Below are positions 1-14,089 of a DNA stretch of 64,000 bases, one piece after another. Source of the stretch: Octopus vulgaris. Taxonomy: Eukaryota. Positions within the stretch are counted from its first letter, which is position 1. Each line of letters opens with the position of its first letter. Under the pieces are notes generated by a model. It worked only from the letters and a program-made list of their open reading frames with translations. It ran no database searches and was not told where the DNA came from. Location: contig OX597817.1 of NCBI GenBank assembly GCA_951406725.2, positions 149,668,001 to 149,732,000 on the forward strand. Direction: 5' to 3'. The translations under genes were made by a program, and so were the position numbers.

Positions 1-1425
1 TGCAGAAACCTTGTAGGGTCTAGGATTAAGGTAAAAGTTTTTATTTTCCAATCACTTTCGGAATTACAACAATTGGTGGCTTGGAGTTTTAACTGCTCTT
101 TCTAGCGAGTCAGATATCCTTTTCTTCGGGTATCTCTTTTGTATATATATATATATATAAATACAAAATGGGACAAGAACATCCGGACAACTAGGTGATA
201 CAAAAGGGACAACAAAACATCCAGATAGACGATACAAAAAACACGGACGGGTCATTCAAAGCCTTTAATCTTCAGTCGAGAACCGGATCATCCTCGCAAT
301 TTCAGCTGATTAATCTTGAGATTGCTCCAATCTGGCCAGACCCAAGGAAAAACTAAGCTAAGAGCATTAGATTCCTTTGAAAGAAGCATCGAATGTATAC
401 GAAACAAGGACGGAAAAATGGACGATGTTACACGAATATAAATACGTATATGAATTTAGAAATATATTAAGTATGTACGTATGTATTTCTAAATATATTT
501 CCGTATTGGTATTTGTCTCCCACCATTTGACAACCGGTGTTGGTTTGTATATATCCCCGAAATTTAGTGCTTCAGCAAAAAGAGATGCCACAGAATTAGT
601 ATTGAAGTCAATTTGCTTGATTAAAAACCTTTCAAGGCAGTGACCTTTTATGGTCGCAATCCAATGAATGAAATAAACTGTAAGACTAAAAGCGTATAGG
701 TTTAGTGTATAAAGATATTAACTAGTCGACAATTAGCAAAATGTTTTGTGTATATAATTATTATCCTTATGTTAATGTATACGGAAATTTATTGATGGAC
801 GGTTTCCAAATCTAATGAATTGAATATAACACCCAATTTAGCGATATGAACAACTCTGAATTCCGGCCTGCTTTGTATTATGTTTATACTGGCATAAAAC
901 ATAACGTCACTAATAACATTAATGGTTTTCCTGTGTGTATTCCATGTTTATTCTGTGAATGTTCGTCTAATGATATTAGTTTAAAGGAATAATCGCTCTC
1001 ATATATATTTAATGTCTCCGAGATGCAAGCTATTATGTTCCAACCGTTGGCTAGTATGAGATGAGGATGGATGTAAAACATAGCCTCACATAATATCCTT
1101 TTAATTTCATTCTAACCAGCTGTATAGTAGCGTTGAAAATATCCAGCTGGTTTTTGTTGATTCTTTTTCTACTAGACATAAGTGCTTTTTGTCCTCAGGA
1201 TATTGCTTTTATCAGTCATTTTCATAGTAACACATAGCTTCTTTCTTTTATTATATTTAGAAAACGGAATACAACATGAAAATTCAACGATAGACATTAG
1301 TTTCTCTGTTACGAAACACCAACAACTAAATTACATTATAATGCACCTGTTCAGATACACATATGTACTCTATTCACGCACACGCATACATATGTTCTTT
1401 GTACTACTATGAGTGAGTGCATCTG

Positions 1426-1468
<43 letters not shown>

Positions 1469-1470
<2 letters not shown>

Positions 1471-1686
1471 TTTACTCTTTTACTTGTTTCATTCATTTGA
1501 CTGCGGCCACGCTGGAGCATCACCTTTAGTCGAGAAACTCGACCCCGGGACTTATTCTTTTTGTAAGCCCAGTACTTATTCTATCGGTCTCTTTTGCCGA
1601 ACCGCTAAGTAACGGGGACATAAACACACCAGCATCGGTTGTCAAGCAATGCTAGGGGGACAAACACACTCACACAAACACACATA

Positions 1687-1740
<54 letters not shown>

Positions 1741-1907
1741 TACGACGGGCTTCTTTCAGTTTCCGTCTACCAAATCCACTCACAAGGCTTTGGTCGGCCC
1801 GAGGCTATAGTAGAAGACACTTGCCCAAGGTGCCACGCAGTGGGACTGAACCCGGAAGCATGTGGTTAGTAAACAAGCTACTTACCACACAGCCACTCCT
1901 GCGCCTA
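1469..1907 (-). mobile_element. SINE family B (tRNA-derived, CORE-like segment, internal TA/TG microsatellite), full length
   Basis: Minus strand head TAGGCGCAGGAGTGGCTGTGTGGTAAG...GGGTTCAGTCCC (A/B-box-like), CORE-like GCACCTTGGGCAAGTG, internal (TA)n, tail ...AAACAAGTAAAAGAGTAAAAG. At least six similar copies in the window. Resembles the octopus OR-type CORE-SINEs (family name not verified). Confidence 0.85.
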
Positions 1908-1915
1908 TAGCCACT

Positions 1916-2007
<92 letters not shown>

Positions 2008-2009
<2 letters not shown>

Positions 2010-2170
2010 ATCAAAATAAGCAACAAGGATATCCAAAGGTAGTTTAGTACAATCGTTTCATGCTACCTCATTTAATTAAACAGTGTAAGCATTACATCAG
2101 TTTTAAAATTTGGAGCATGAAACGATTGTACTACACTAACTTTGGATATCCTTGTTGCTTATTTTGATTA
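2008..2170. repeat. 57-bp inverted repeat (fold-back) between (TA)n tracts
   Basis: 2008-2064 TAATCAAAATAAGCAACAAGGATATCCAAAG...TTTCATGCT is the reverse complement of 2114-2170 with about 2 mismatches. Confidence 0.9.
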
Positions 2171-2248
2171 TAATCGCCCCATTTGATTGATATGGATAAT
2201 ACCATACCAAATCTGGTGCCTTTAACTTAAGTACCATATTCCTCTGAA

Positions 2249-2296
<48 letters not shown>

Positions 2297-2504
2297 ATTG
2301 AGTAGTTGAATGAATTATCTTATTATGGATAATTCGGTTAACCGATACCTGGGTAGCAAATTCACGTCAGAAAAACACGGTTGAAGCTACATGCCTAGGG
2401 CAGAGATCACGTGCTATCGTGTGGAAATTTGTGTGGTTTTTTTTAAATACAAATAAATGAAAGAATGGAGTTGAACGACGAATTAACAAAATTCCTTTAT
2501 TTTA

Positions 2505-2586
2505 TTTTCGACATATGTTTCGAAGGCTGCATATTCCTAATTTCGATGGAATAAGGGGTGCATTATGCCGCCTTCTCATCAGAAAA
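2505..2586 (-). ncRNA. Minimal type I hammerhead ribozyme motif within a (TA)n-flanked repeat (2295-2690)
   Basis: Minus strand: TTTT-CTGATGA-GAAGGC..(42 nt)..GCCTTC-GAAAC-ATAT-GTC-GAAA. Canonical core, palindromic stem III (ACATATGT), GUC cleavage triplet, short stem I. Confidence 0.8.
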
Positions 2587-2687
2587 GTAAGGAACTTATG
2601 TCAGCATCAAGATGCACAAAAACTTTTAGATGACTGCCCACACGGAGCCCATAGCGATAATGATAACTCAATTCTTTCATTTATTTG

Positions 2688-2821
<134 letters not shown>

Positions 2822-3149
2822 GAGAGAAGAAATTCAAGAAGAAAAATACACACACTTAACATAGTATTAATATACTTTTAATTACGTATTTTCTCTAGAA
2901 AATATGTGTGGAGTTTACGAATGAATGATTCAACAAGTAGAAAAATCTAAGGGGAGGTAATTGGTGATCGTTATTGTGGACAGGGGAGATAATTGTTCAT
3001 CTTTCGGGGGCGGGAGAATATCCACAAAAATTCAAAAGCTAGAGTAGTGAGGAGAAATATGTATAGCGATGGGTATGTAATCATGAATTAAAAATATGTA
3101 TAGATATTAAAGTTGGTTATACATACATACATATACATACATACATAAT

Positions 3150-5390
3150 TATTATAAATCTTCCACTGAGGAGGGAGCCGGTTTCCAACAAAGATGCAAG
3201 CTCCATCTTTGGGATGCAATTAAAACAGGCAAATTCACATTTGGAACTTGAGAAAATTCTTGCATATTTTAGCAACAACATCATGCCGCATAGGGAGGTA
3301 GTACTGTGACGACATTTTAGGTCAGCTGCCAATAACGTGCGTGATGTCTTCCACAGAAACATGACATAGCCTACACATGCAGTTGCACCTTGGGATTACA
3401 AGAGCATCATTGTCTCTCTTGTTCAACAGATACTTTATGGCAATCCCATGTTCCTGGATTGCAAACGCATAGCCTTTAAAATGTGATGTGATGTAGTGGA
3501 CTTGTGTCACAGAGAGGCTGGGCTTCGTGTCAATTCTACTGTTTTCTTCGAGCTCCCGGACAACATACTTTTTTTGTACGCCGAGTGCTTTCCATCTAGG
3601 TCTACAAAGAAATTACGAGTTACATTGATATTTCTAGTAGTTGAAGATCCTAGCATAAAACCATTTTTTTTTTAATAGGAACGACAATGAATTCAAGGCC
3701 AAAATAAAAAGAAGTACGGAAAGACTATCTCCCTGGAATATTCCCTTTGTAATGCCTATACTATTAGAAACAATTATTCTGTTCTCAGTTGTAAGGCTAA
3801 GAATAGTTGTCCATGTCTTTGTGAGTCTCTCTATGGCAACAATTAAGGTAGTAGGTACTTTTGCACTTCAACAGCCATGAATGAGGAATAGAGTCGAATG
3901 CCGGTTTCTGCATTGTTTTCTTACTTCAGACAGTACAGCTATGTTTATTAAAAGTTGCTCGGCACATACCCACAATCCCATCTTTCCATCAGCCTGTTCA
4001 TTAATCACAATGTTGTTCTACTCACAATGGCTCTGGAGGGATTTGTTGAGGCAACTTGTGTACAGTTTGTACATAATGTTTAGGCAAGCAATGGGACTGT
4101 AGTTTCCTGCCATCTCTGTGATTTCATTTTTGGCAACGGAATTTATCCTTGTTGTAGCAAGCCAATTTGATATATCAGTCTGATCTTCCATAGTTCTTTT
4201 CAACATACATATCAAATGGTTTCTATAAAATGTCACCTTGTACCAATATCCAACTATTAGGTCCCTTCCAGGGGCCTTCCCATTCTGCAGTTTGCCTACT
4301 GTTATAGCGAAGGTTTTTGCATCAATTTTGTATATTTTACTGTTAGTGTTGGTACAGTATTCGTTCTCAATTGTATTTAACCATGATGCATTCAGATTGA
4401 AATCCCTCTTTTCGTTCCAAATTTGTGACCAGAATGATTTTAGATCTTCTTGGGATGGAGCTTGCTTAATGGTAATATTTTCCTTCCTCATCTCTCTGTA
4501 TAATGCTTATGAGATGAAAGCAAACTTGCGATTGACGCTGGTTCGCTCAAAAGTTCACATACGAAAGCGGAGTTTCTCGCTCATCGTCCAGAGTTCAGGT
4601 TTTAAAGTGATCAGCTTTCCCTCAAGAGCTCGGTGTAAAAAGTTGCCATAAAGTTCCGTTAATTTTCGCCCAAGGCAGAGTTGGTGAGGGGTAAACTCAT
4701 TTTTCTCCTTACATTTTATTATTGCAGTTAACCATCCAATATGGCGGCGCACGTTGTTGATATTTTCCGCAATTTTGTTTTCCATCAAGGTTGTTTCCGT
4801 TTAGTAATTTCGTGACTTTGTTCACTGCAGATTTCTCCTAGGTATTCTTTAAGAGTAATAGCGGCTGTGTATATAAGAGTATTAATATTCCAGTAATTAA
4901 TTTCACGTGATTCTATGTGCTCTCCAGCAACATCGTTGATAACCTTAAACATTAGATCGGTCGAATTTTTTTTTCTCACTCGTGTTGGGAATAGTCTGTT
5001 GCTCAACGAAAGCTTCGAGAAAATAGCAAGATTTTTTGCGAATTGTAATTTTAAAATGTTTTTTTGTTTTTGTTTTTTTTATTTTTGAGTTGGATGTATT
5101 CCACAGCCTTCACTACTGAGTCGGTTAAGTTCGGAGACACACTCGAATTTAGCGATGACGAGAGAAGCAGTTGTACACATTATTTTTTACGCTACTTCCG
5201 GCAGATTTTGATCCATTTTCAGTGTTTTGGGAGGATCGGTGACCAGTTGATTTAGTTTTTTACTAAAGATGCTTGCTGCTGTCGGAGCTGTTTCGCCGTG
5301 AGGGTATTTATGTTGGGATGAGCTTCGTCTCAGAATTGTTTTAACCGCTTCATGAAGCCGATCGAAGGGTCATCTCGAGCTTTTTCATAT
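3150..5390 (-). mobile_element. Decayed R4/Dong-clade (restriction-like endonuclease) non-LTR retrotransposon, internally deleted
   Basis: RT motifs KAPGRDLIVGYWYK, NYSPIACLNIMYKLYT (ORF 4018-4491), EQLLIN, GIFQGDSL (~3725-3750); zinc knuckle CRLCHVSVEDITHVIGS*PKMSSQYYLPMRHDVVAK (3265-3380). Multiple frameshifts and stops. Outer limits approximate. Confidence 0.85.
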
Positions 5391-5694
5391 GCATGTATGT
5401 ATGTATGTATTTGACTAAAAATGTAAAATTCTAGTACAGAATTGCCCGAGATTGTAATTTAATTTCCTCGGAATTTCTGACCGTATTATTTAAAGATTAA
5501 ATATAAATGTCTAAACCATCTTAAAACTACTCAGATGATTTATCAAACATTAGTGTTTTACACCTTTTAAGGATCGCTAACAATTTCAGTCTCTTGGGAA
5601 GCAGCATCGTAGAAATAGACGAACCTAACAGGAGATTTTCCTATTTTATAGGAAAATGGTACCGTGAGCTGCCTATGGTACCATGCTTTTTGTT

Positions 5695-5928
5695 ACAGGC
5701 GGCGAGCTGGCAGAAACGTTAGCACGCCGGGCGAAATGCGTTGACGTATTTCGTCTGCCGTTACGTTCTGAGTTCAAATTCCGCCGAGGTCGACTTTGCC
5801 TTTCATCCTTTCGGGGTCGATAAATTAAGTACCAGTTACGCACTGGGGTCGATGTAATCGACTTAATACCTATATCTGTCCTTGTTTGTCCCCTCTATGT
5901 TTAGCCCCTTATGGGTAATAAAGAAATA
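5695..5928 (+). mobile_element. SINE family A monomer with 18-bp TSD
   Basis: Head GGCGGCGAGCTGGCAGAAACG, B-box-like GAGTTCAAATTCC, core GACTTTGCCTTTCATCCTTTCGGGGTCGATAAA, tail AATAAAGAAATA. TSD GGTACCATGCTTTTTGTT at 5677-5694 and 5929-5946. Confidence 0.9.
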
Positions 5929-5949
5929 GGTACCATGCTTTTTGTTCTC

Positions 5950-7480
5950 TTCAACTAACCAATACTTCCCTGATGGCTCTGGCCATGCAAAGGAGACAGA
6001 CCTTTTGTAACAACTTTTCTCGGCACTCTATTCCCATTTCCATTATATTTTGGACCTAAATTACTTGCTATTGGCGGATTTTCTATGAATGCAAAAGTTA
6101 ATCCTGCTTTTATTAAGAAAGCTGTAGCCAATAACTGTTTGGTTTTATCAAAGAATGGTCCTTGTTTGATGCAAATGATACAATGATCAATTTAATTTCT
6201 TTTAAAAGCTGTTATTTATGAAATGACTAAAAGAATGAGGGACTCAGAAAAATCTATAGATGAATCCACAGCTTCGTGTAATCACAGATATTGGGATGTA
6301 AATGTACAATCATCTGGTAAATTCTGGAATTTAGAAATAATGTGAATTTACGAGGTTTTGCCTGCTGTAAAAATTATTAAGAATTCAACCTTGGTTTGAA
6401 AAAAATATCCATGGTTACACTCGTAATTGATGGATCAAGTGCCGTGGTAAAATTTGTTAAGGATATTAAATACGAACATGAAGTGTGTTAAACACATAGG
6501 CGTCATTGGTTGCTTATGATGTTATTCACAAGGAAATTTAATCAAATTAGGATTAAACTAATTTAACTAATGATCCTTGCATGACGGACACGAGTTGGAA
6601 GGTAATTCGAGGATAATGATTAAAATGTAAATTCTTGCAATTTCGAATTGGCTTAATGATTATGTAATCTGCAACAAATTGAAGTTACAGAAGACTCTTC
6701 CGCTCAAAAGCAATTTTAAGCATTGGTAATATCATTAAAAAGAGAGAGAACAATTTTCGGTTTATTTTGTACGTCTCCTGCAAAATGAAATACTTTGGAA
6801 ATATGTGTAAGAGGAGCTTGGTCATAAATTGCAATTAATCGATAACACGAAGGCAAGATAGAATAGTTTATCTGCAATTATAGGACGATTATTGTTCTTT
6901 AAAAGCTATATTGCAAAAGTTAAAATCGCTATGAAACAACCTCTTATCTTTTCCAACAATGGCGTTAATGCTATTCATACTGTTACGTCAGTATTGGAAC
7001 CAAAATGATGCAGCGTTTGATCTCTGCAGAGAGTAATTTTGTTTTATTTCGGAAGAATTAAACCAACAAAATATTCCATGTTCCTCTTGCTGTGAGAACG
7101 TGTCACCAAAGGAATCAAATTGCAAAGGAATAAAAACAAAAAGCGAATTGTATTGATGAAGTATTTAAATAATCCTCTTTTAATTCGGGATGCACTTAAT
7201 TCATTTTTAATTTGGCTATCGGAAACTTCAATGCGAAATATCTCAAAGAAATTCTATGACAAAAAAATGTTCGTCGTTTTGTCGGAAGAATACCCTACTC
7301 ATTCCATTAAAAGGGAAGAGATTAAATGTTTCCATTAACAAAACAGTTGAAAACATTGTGGAGAGTGTTCGATCATCTTATGGTCCAAAATACGTTATCA
7401 AAGAGACGAAAACGTTTGAAAAATAAAACAAGATGGAGAACAATTAACTTGCGGAAAATTTATTGGTCCTAATTTTGAAT
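5950..7480 (+). pseudogene. Ancient hAT transposase relic
   Basis: Broken frames give DESTASCNHRYWDVNV (from 6259; cf. DEWTS..N.RY..INVH) and VIDGSSAVVKF..HEVC*TH (from 6423; cf. TDGAS and CxxH), plus a degenerate dimerisation-domain segment near 7355-7430. Confidence 0.7.
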
Positions 7481-7579
7481 TTTATCCATATCTTTTATAT
7501 ACTGGTCAATTTAGACTGATAAACCTGTGGGTTTTTATTGTTTCCTTTATAACTTCATACCTTTCATGATTACAGAGTG

Positions 7580-7965
7580 GTGTTATGAGAAGCGATGTTG
7601 CTATATACTTGCCATTCCTATTTGCTGAAACTCTACTGCATCAACTCTCTGCAACAAGCTCTCTATTCACAGGACGTCTAAGGTGGCTCGGCCATACTCT
7701 TCGTCAGCTTCCTATGAATTTCATTCGCAAGGCGATCAACTCGGCTTCCCTCCCAGACCAGCGTAAAGGAGCTGGAGAACAACTGAAAACATGGCTGGCG
7801 ACAGTTAAGGCGGAAGTGGGAGCACAATTGGACCCTCCGCATCTATGGTCTTCTCAGTGGAACCGGGAGTGAGCATCCATTACAGCCTTAACTGCGGCTG
7901 ACCGACGGGTGTGGTCAGCATTCATGAAGGGTGGGGTGATCTGGCTGGTGACTGCCGCAGCAAGT
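7580..7965 (+). mobile_element. RTE-clade LINE 3' fragment
   Basis: ORF 7585-7872 contains RLRWLGHTLR..RKGAGEQLKTW, the typical RTE C-terminal signature. Confidence 0.7.
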
Positions 7966-8065
7966 AATTACACTCGTTCTATGTAATTTTTTCTCCATTT
8001 AACACTCTCTCTCTCCCTCTCACTCTCTTTCTCTCACTTTCTCTCTTTTCCCATATCTTACATTT

Positions 8066-8385
8066 AGGGCGGCAAGCTAGCAGAAACGTTAGCACGCCGG
8101 GCGAAATGCGTAGCCGTATGTCGTCTGCCGTTACGTTCTGAGTTCAAATTCCACCGAGGTCGACTTTGCCTTTCATCCTTTCGGGGTCGATAAATTAAGT
8201 ACCAGTTATGCACTGGGGTCGATATAATCGACTTAATCCGTTTGTCTGTCCTTGTTTGTCCCCTCTGTATTTAGCCCCTTGTTAATAGTAAAGAAATAGG
8301 TATTTCGTCTGCCGCTTCGTTCTGAGTTCAAATTCTGCCGAGGTCGACTTTGCCTTTCATCCTTTCGGGGTCGATTAAATAAGTA
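8066..8385 (+). mobile_element. SINE family A, monomer plus partial second unit
   Basis: Tail-to-internal junction AAAGAAATAGG|TATTTCGTCTG at about 8300. Confidence 0.85.
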
Positions 8386-9122
8386 CGTGTATGTATCTGA
8401 GTGTGTGAGCGGTTCTGTGTCTGTGTGTGTATGTGTGTGTGTGCCAACGTGTATGTGTCTTTTATGTCTGTGTTGTATTTGCCCACCGCCACTACTTGAC
8501 AACCGATCTTGATGCATTCATCTTCCCATGAATTAGCGGTTCAGCAAAAACATCAAGCTTTTTAAAAAGACAGTAAGTCCTGGGCCAATGTGCTCGACTA
8601 AATCCTTCAAGGCGATGCGGCACTGTAGCTGTAGTCCAATAATTGAGACAAGTAAAAGATTAAAGACGTGACATTGAGTTCTTAACTTTCTCCAAGAATA
8701 TCAGCGACGTAATCAAAATAAAGCACTCCCATCTCGGAATCATAACAGACAGGAGAAGAATCTTCCTCAAGAACTCGCTATCATTTCGGAATTGCCGTCA
8801 GGAATAGAGAGAAGAGAATGGTATTAGATAGAAAGGCGGCGAGCCTTAGATTAAAGGCGGCGAGCTGGCAGAACCGTTAGCACGCCGGGCGAAATGCTTA
8901 GCGGTATTTCGTCTGCCGTTACGCACAAATATATGGACACATACAAACACACACACACACACACACGTACACATAAGTTGATTCTGAACAATTGAACTAC
9001 AACAAACGTTAATATTCGGATATTATTTAGGCAGGTAAACATACAGACACACAGACACACGCACACACACACACACGCACACATGCATACATACACATAC
9101 TTTCTCATTTTGTCGGTTCCCC

Positions 9123-9177
<55 letters not shown>

Positions 9178-9348
9178 TCTCACTCTCTCTCTCTCTCTTT
9201 TGCTTTGTGTTGCTCTCCATCTCTCCATCTCTCACTCTCCCCATCTCTCATTTTCTCACACTCTCTCTTCCTCTTTCTTTTTCTCATTTTCTCATTTTTA
9301 GCTCTCCCTTCTATATTTCTCTCTGTCTCTCTCTTTCTCTCTCTCTCG

Positions 9349-9392
<44 letters not shown>

Positions 9393-10159
9393 TATACACA
9401 TATACATACACATACACACACACACACACAAATACAACACACACACACACACACACACACACATGCATACATACACACACAGATTTATATATTTCTGAGA
9501 TGGTTCCAATGCTTTCATCTAAAAAAGAAACTAACAATGACGACCATTGTGAAATCGATCTAACAACTTACATTGTAATTTCAATCAGATTGATATAAAT
9601 TAATTTCTGTTAGTAATTACACTTGAGAATCGAATTACCATTCTTTTTATCTCCATTCTTTTCTCACACGACATTATGGGTAATCACGTGACATTATTGA
9701 TAGTCACGTGATATTATTGATAATTATTTGATAATTTGCCAAATCGTACAAACTGTCGTTTAATCTTCATTTGAATCGTCCCAGCGGCAGGAGTGTAGCT
9801 GGGAGGCTGAGAAGAAGAGGACGAAGAAGAGACATGGTAGAGAGAGATAAATAGAGAGATATATATGGTAAAGAGAGAAAGAGAAAGAAAAAGAAGACAG
9901 TGATGATTGGAGAAGGAGAACATAGAAAAGAGAGTTAGGGTCTTTTTATGTTTTTGAGTTTAAGCTTAGTTTAATCTTATCCGCTGACCCTTTCATCCGA
10001 GTCCTGGTAAAAAGAAGCCACATGCCAGTGGGACTGCGGTTGAAGGATTAGGGAATATTTTATAACAAAGTTAAAGAGATTTCGTCTTCTGGAAATTCAT
10101 ATCATTCAATAAAACTCCGCGGATCAACGAGAGGCCTGTTATACTCAAGATAACGGGGA

Positions 10160-10600
10160 GGAATTTATATCTGAGTCAAAGATATGAACTCTATATTTGA
10201 GCCAAAGAACTCTGCATTTGAGCAAATATTACATTTGAGCCAACGTTAAGGGCTTTATATTTGAACCAACGAAGGGAACTTATTTTTGAGCCATTATAGA
10301 ATAAACTACATTTGAACCAATAAATGGTCATTTATATTTGAGCCATCATAAGGTACTCTATATTTGACCCAACGAAGGGATTCTATTCTTGAGCCATTAT
10401 TGGAGATTCTATATTTGAGCCAACAAAGAAATCTCCAACACTTGGAATTTCATTTTTGAGCCAATAAAGGGGACACTTCTTTTGAGTCATCACTGATAAG
10501 TCTATATTTGACCCCACGAAAAAGAAGACTCTATATTTCAGCCAAAATGGCTGACTTTCTATTTTGAGTCATCATTGAGAAATCTATATTTGAGTTAATC
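10160..10600. repeat. Degenerate minisatellite, core CTATATTTGAGCCA, about 16-17 copies, period mostly 25-28 bp
   Basis: Recurring (C/T)TATATTTGA(G/A/C)CCA separated by variable short spacers. Confidence 0.8.
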
Positions 10601-10905
10601 AATATAGTTGTTCTGTCACTGACACAAATACAGACGCCTTCCATCTTTGCTAGAGGAGTGTCATGGAGAAATGAGAAATTTTAATTTGCAACCCCAGAAA
10701 GCAAAACTTCCCTTAAATCATATCCCAGTGGCTTTAAATAGAAAGGGAAAGGTTTATTGCGAGATACAGTCTTAGAAACATTGGCAGTGAAAAAAGAAAT
10801 AACGGATTAGTCGCGCTGGGAACACCTTTGATCATAAGTGAACTTCTTCCGGGTTAGCCTGGACTGAACACAAGGAGGGCACTTCTGGCGAATCTTATGC
10901 GATTC

Positions 10906-11818
<913 letters not shown>

Positions 11819-12289
11819 CGGTTCATTTTAGAGGAAAAACTGAATATTCAAACTAAACAATTAACTGACATCAAAACAAGTAGAACAGAGTGTGAATGAG
11901 TGAAAGGCAACGAAGCAAAAGTAAAGGTGGAACATAGAACAAGATAGAAATCAAATGGTTTATATATGATCATATATTATCTAAAATCTATACATCACTG
12001 CCTTATTTCTTCGTTGTCTTAAAGAGAGAATGGAAAACAATTAGAAAGACATTTCTACACAGACGCATACACATATACGCATGTATGTTTGTATATGTGT
12101 GAGTATGTGTGTGTATGTATAAATGTTTGTTTGTATACGTGTGTATTTGTATATATACATATATACAAATAGACGCCTGTATAAACCAACATACATATAT
12201 ATGTGTAGATGCAGGTTGGCCAAATGATTAAGAAGTTTATTTTGCAACCATGGGTGCCAGCTTCGATCCCAATTGCGTAGCATCTTACT

Positions 12290-12863
12290 TCTTTATTGCC
12301 AACGAGGGGCTAAACATAGAGGGGACAAACAAGGACAGACAAACGGATCGATGACATCGACCCCAGTACGTAACTGGTACGTAATTTATCGACCCCGAAA
12401 TGATGAAAGGCAAAGTCAACCTCGGCGGATTTTGAACTCAGAACGATGAAATACCTATTTCTTTACTATCCACAAGGGGCTAAACACAGAGGGGACAAAC
12501 AAGGACAGACAAACGGACTAAGTCGATTACCAGTGCGTAACTGGTACTTAATTTATCGACCCCGAAAGGATGAAAAGCAAAGTCGACTTCGGCGGAATTT
12601 GAACTCAGAACGTAGCGGCAAACGAAATACCTATTTCTTTATTACCTTCAAGGGGTTATACATAGAGGGGACAAACAAGGACAAACATAGGTATTAAGTC
12701 GATGACATCGACCCCAGTGCGTAACTGGTACTTAATTTATCGACCCCGAAAGGATGAAAGGCAAAGTCGACCTCGGCGGAATTTGAACTCAGAACGTAGC
12801 GACAGACGAAATACCGGTAAGCATTTCGCCCGGCGTGCTAACGTTTCTGCCAGCTCGCCGCCT
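12290..12863 (-). mobile_element. SINE family A trimer
   Basis: One head at about 12863 and three body/tail units; junctions GAAATAC|CTATTTC at about 12454 and 12630. Confidence 0.85.
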
Positions 12864-12939
12864 TATATTGTAGCATATAGTGTAACATCTTGCCAAAATG
12901 TTATTTTTCATAATCTCAGTTTACTACATACCTTTTGAC

Positions 12940-13384
12940 AGAAATTGCATAGAAGACCATCGAGCTTTTGCACAAGAAAGCTCCTAACGATGCATGGAGC
13001 CCATCATCCACGTGCAGACACTGATCGCCTATTCACGAAGAGAGCAAATGGAGGAAGGGTACTGATAAGTGTGGAAGATTGTGCACTTATAGAACTCAAG
13101 AGCTTAATGAGACATCTAGCGCAAAGTAAGGAAACCATGCTAGTGGTAGTTAGAAACGAGGGAGTATTGAGAGCAGAGGAAAAAGGGAAAACAAAGGAAG
13201 AAGTGAAAAAAGGACATGTAGAAGAATTACGCAAGATGGGGCTACACAATCAATTCCATGTAGCCACAACAGAAGTTGCTGGAAAAAATAGGTGGGATTG
13301 GCTGATAAAAGGAACAATAAAAAAGGAGACCGAGATCACTATACCAGCAGTGCAACTCACACACACACACACATACACACACAT

Positions 13385-13419
<35 letters not shown>

Positions 13420-13762
13420 CCCACGAATAGTCGAGAAGGGAGGCGAAAAGATAGATAGATACAACCCTCTTAAGTACGAAATAGCCCAGCTATGGAAAAT
13501 GAAGAAGATGAACATAGTGCCAATTATTGTTGGGTCCTTGGGAACAGTATCAGAAGGCATCAAGGGGAATATAAAGGAAATTGGAATAGAATTCCCAATA
13601 GAGCTGTTACAAAAGGTTTGCCTCCTTGGCACGGCCAGAATAATCAGGAATGTATTAGATGGTTTAAAAGAGCGGATAGCATGGTACCGTAGGCTGTAAG
13701 TAGTAAACCTGCTACGCAGTTAATATTCCAGGAGCTCCTGCAAAACCTGTGAAAAGACAAAT

Positions 13763-13765
<3 letters not shown>
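12940..13765 (+). mobile_element. R4/Dong-clade LINE 3' fragment ending in (TAA)n
   Basis: MHGAHHPRADTDRLFTKRANGGR, WDWLIKGTIKKETE, then a (CA)n break, then EKIDRYNPLKYEIAQLW..VPIIVGSLG..LLQKVCLLGTARIIRNVL (RLE C-terminus), followed by (TAA)n. Confidence 0.88.
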
Positions 13766-13833
<68 letters not shown>

Positions 13834-13863
13834 CAACAACAACAACAACAACAATAATAATAC

Positions 13864-13897
<34 letters not shown>

Positions 13898-14018
13898 AAT
13901 AATATATCACCCCCCCCCCCTAGGCATAATACCAACTTGGACTTCTAACTTGTCTCTTGAGGTCTCTGGGTGAGACTTGGAGCCAACTTATACAAATACA
14001 AAGCAAAAGTCAAACATC

Positions 14019-14088
<70 letters not shown>

Positions 14089-14089
<1 letters not shown>

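Noticed and set aside
245-345. Hammerhead on the minus strand (CTGAAGA...)
   Set aside because: No correctly placed GAAA or stem III could be drawn.
3322-3324. In-frame TGA at the last Cys of the zinc knuckle as selenocysteine
   Set aside because: The element is riddled with frameshifts, TGY to TGA is a single substitution, and I see no SECIS.
5697-5790. tRNA genes at SINE heads
   Set aside because: A/B-box-like motifs only, no full cloverleaf, and they continue into SINE bodies.
10160-10600. CRISPR array
   Set aside because: Eukaryotic context, degenerate 14-bp repeats, spacers too short and related to each other, no cas genes.
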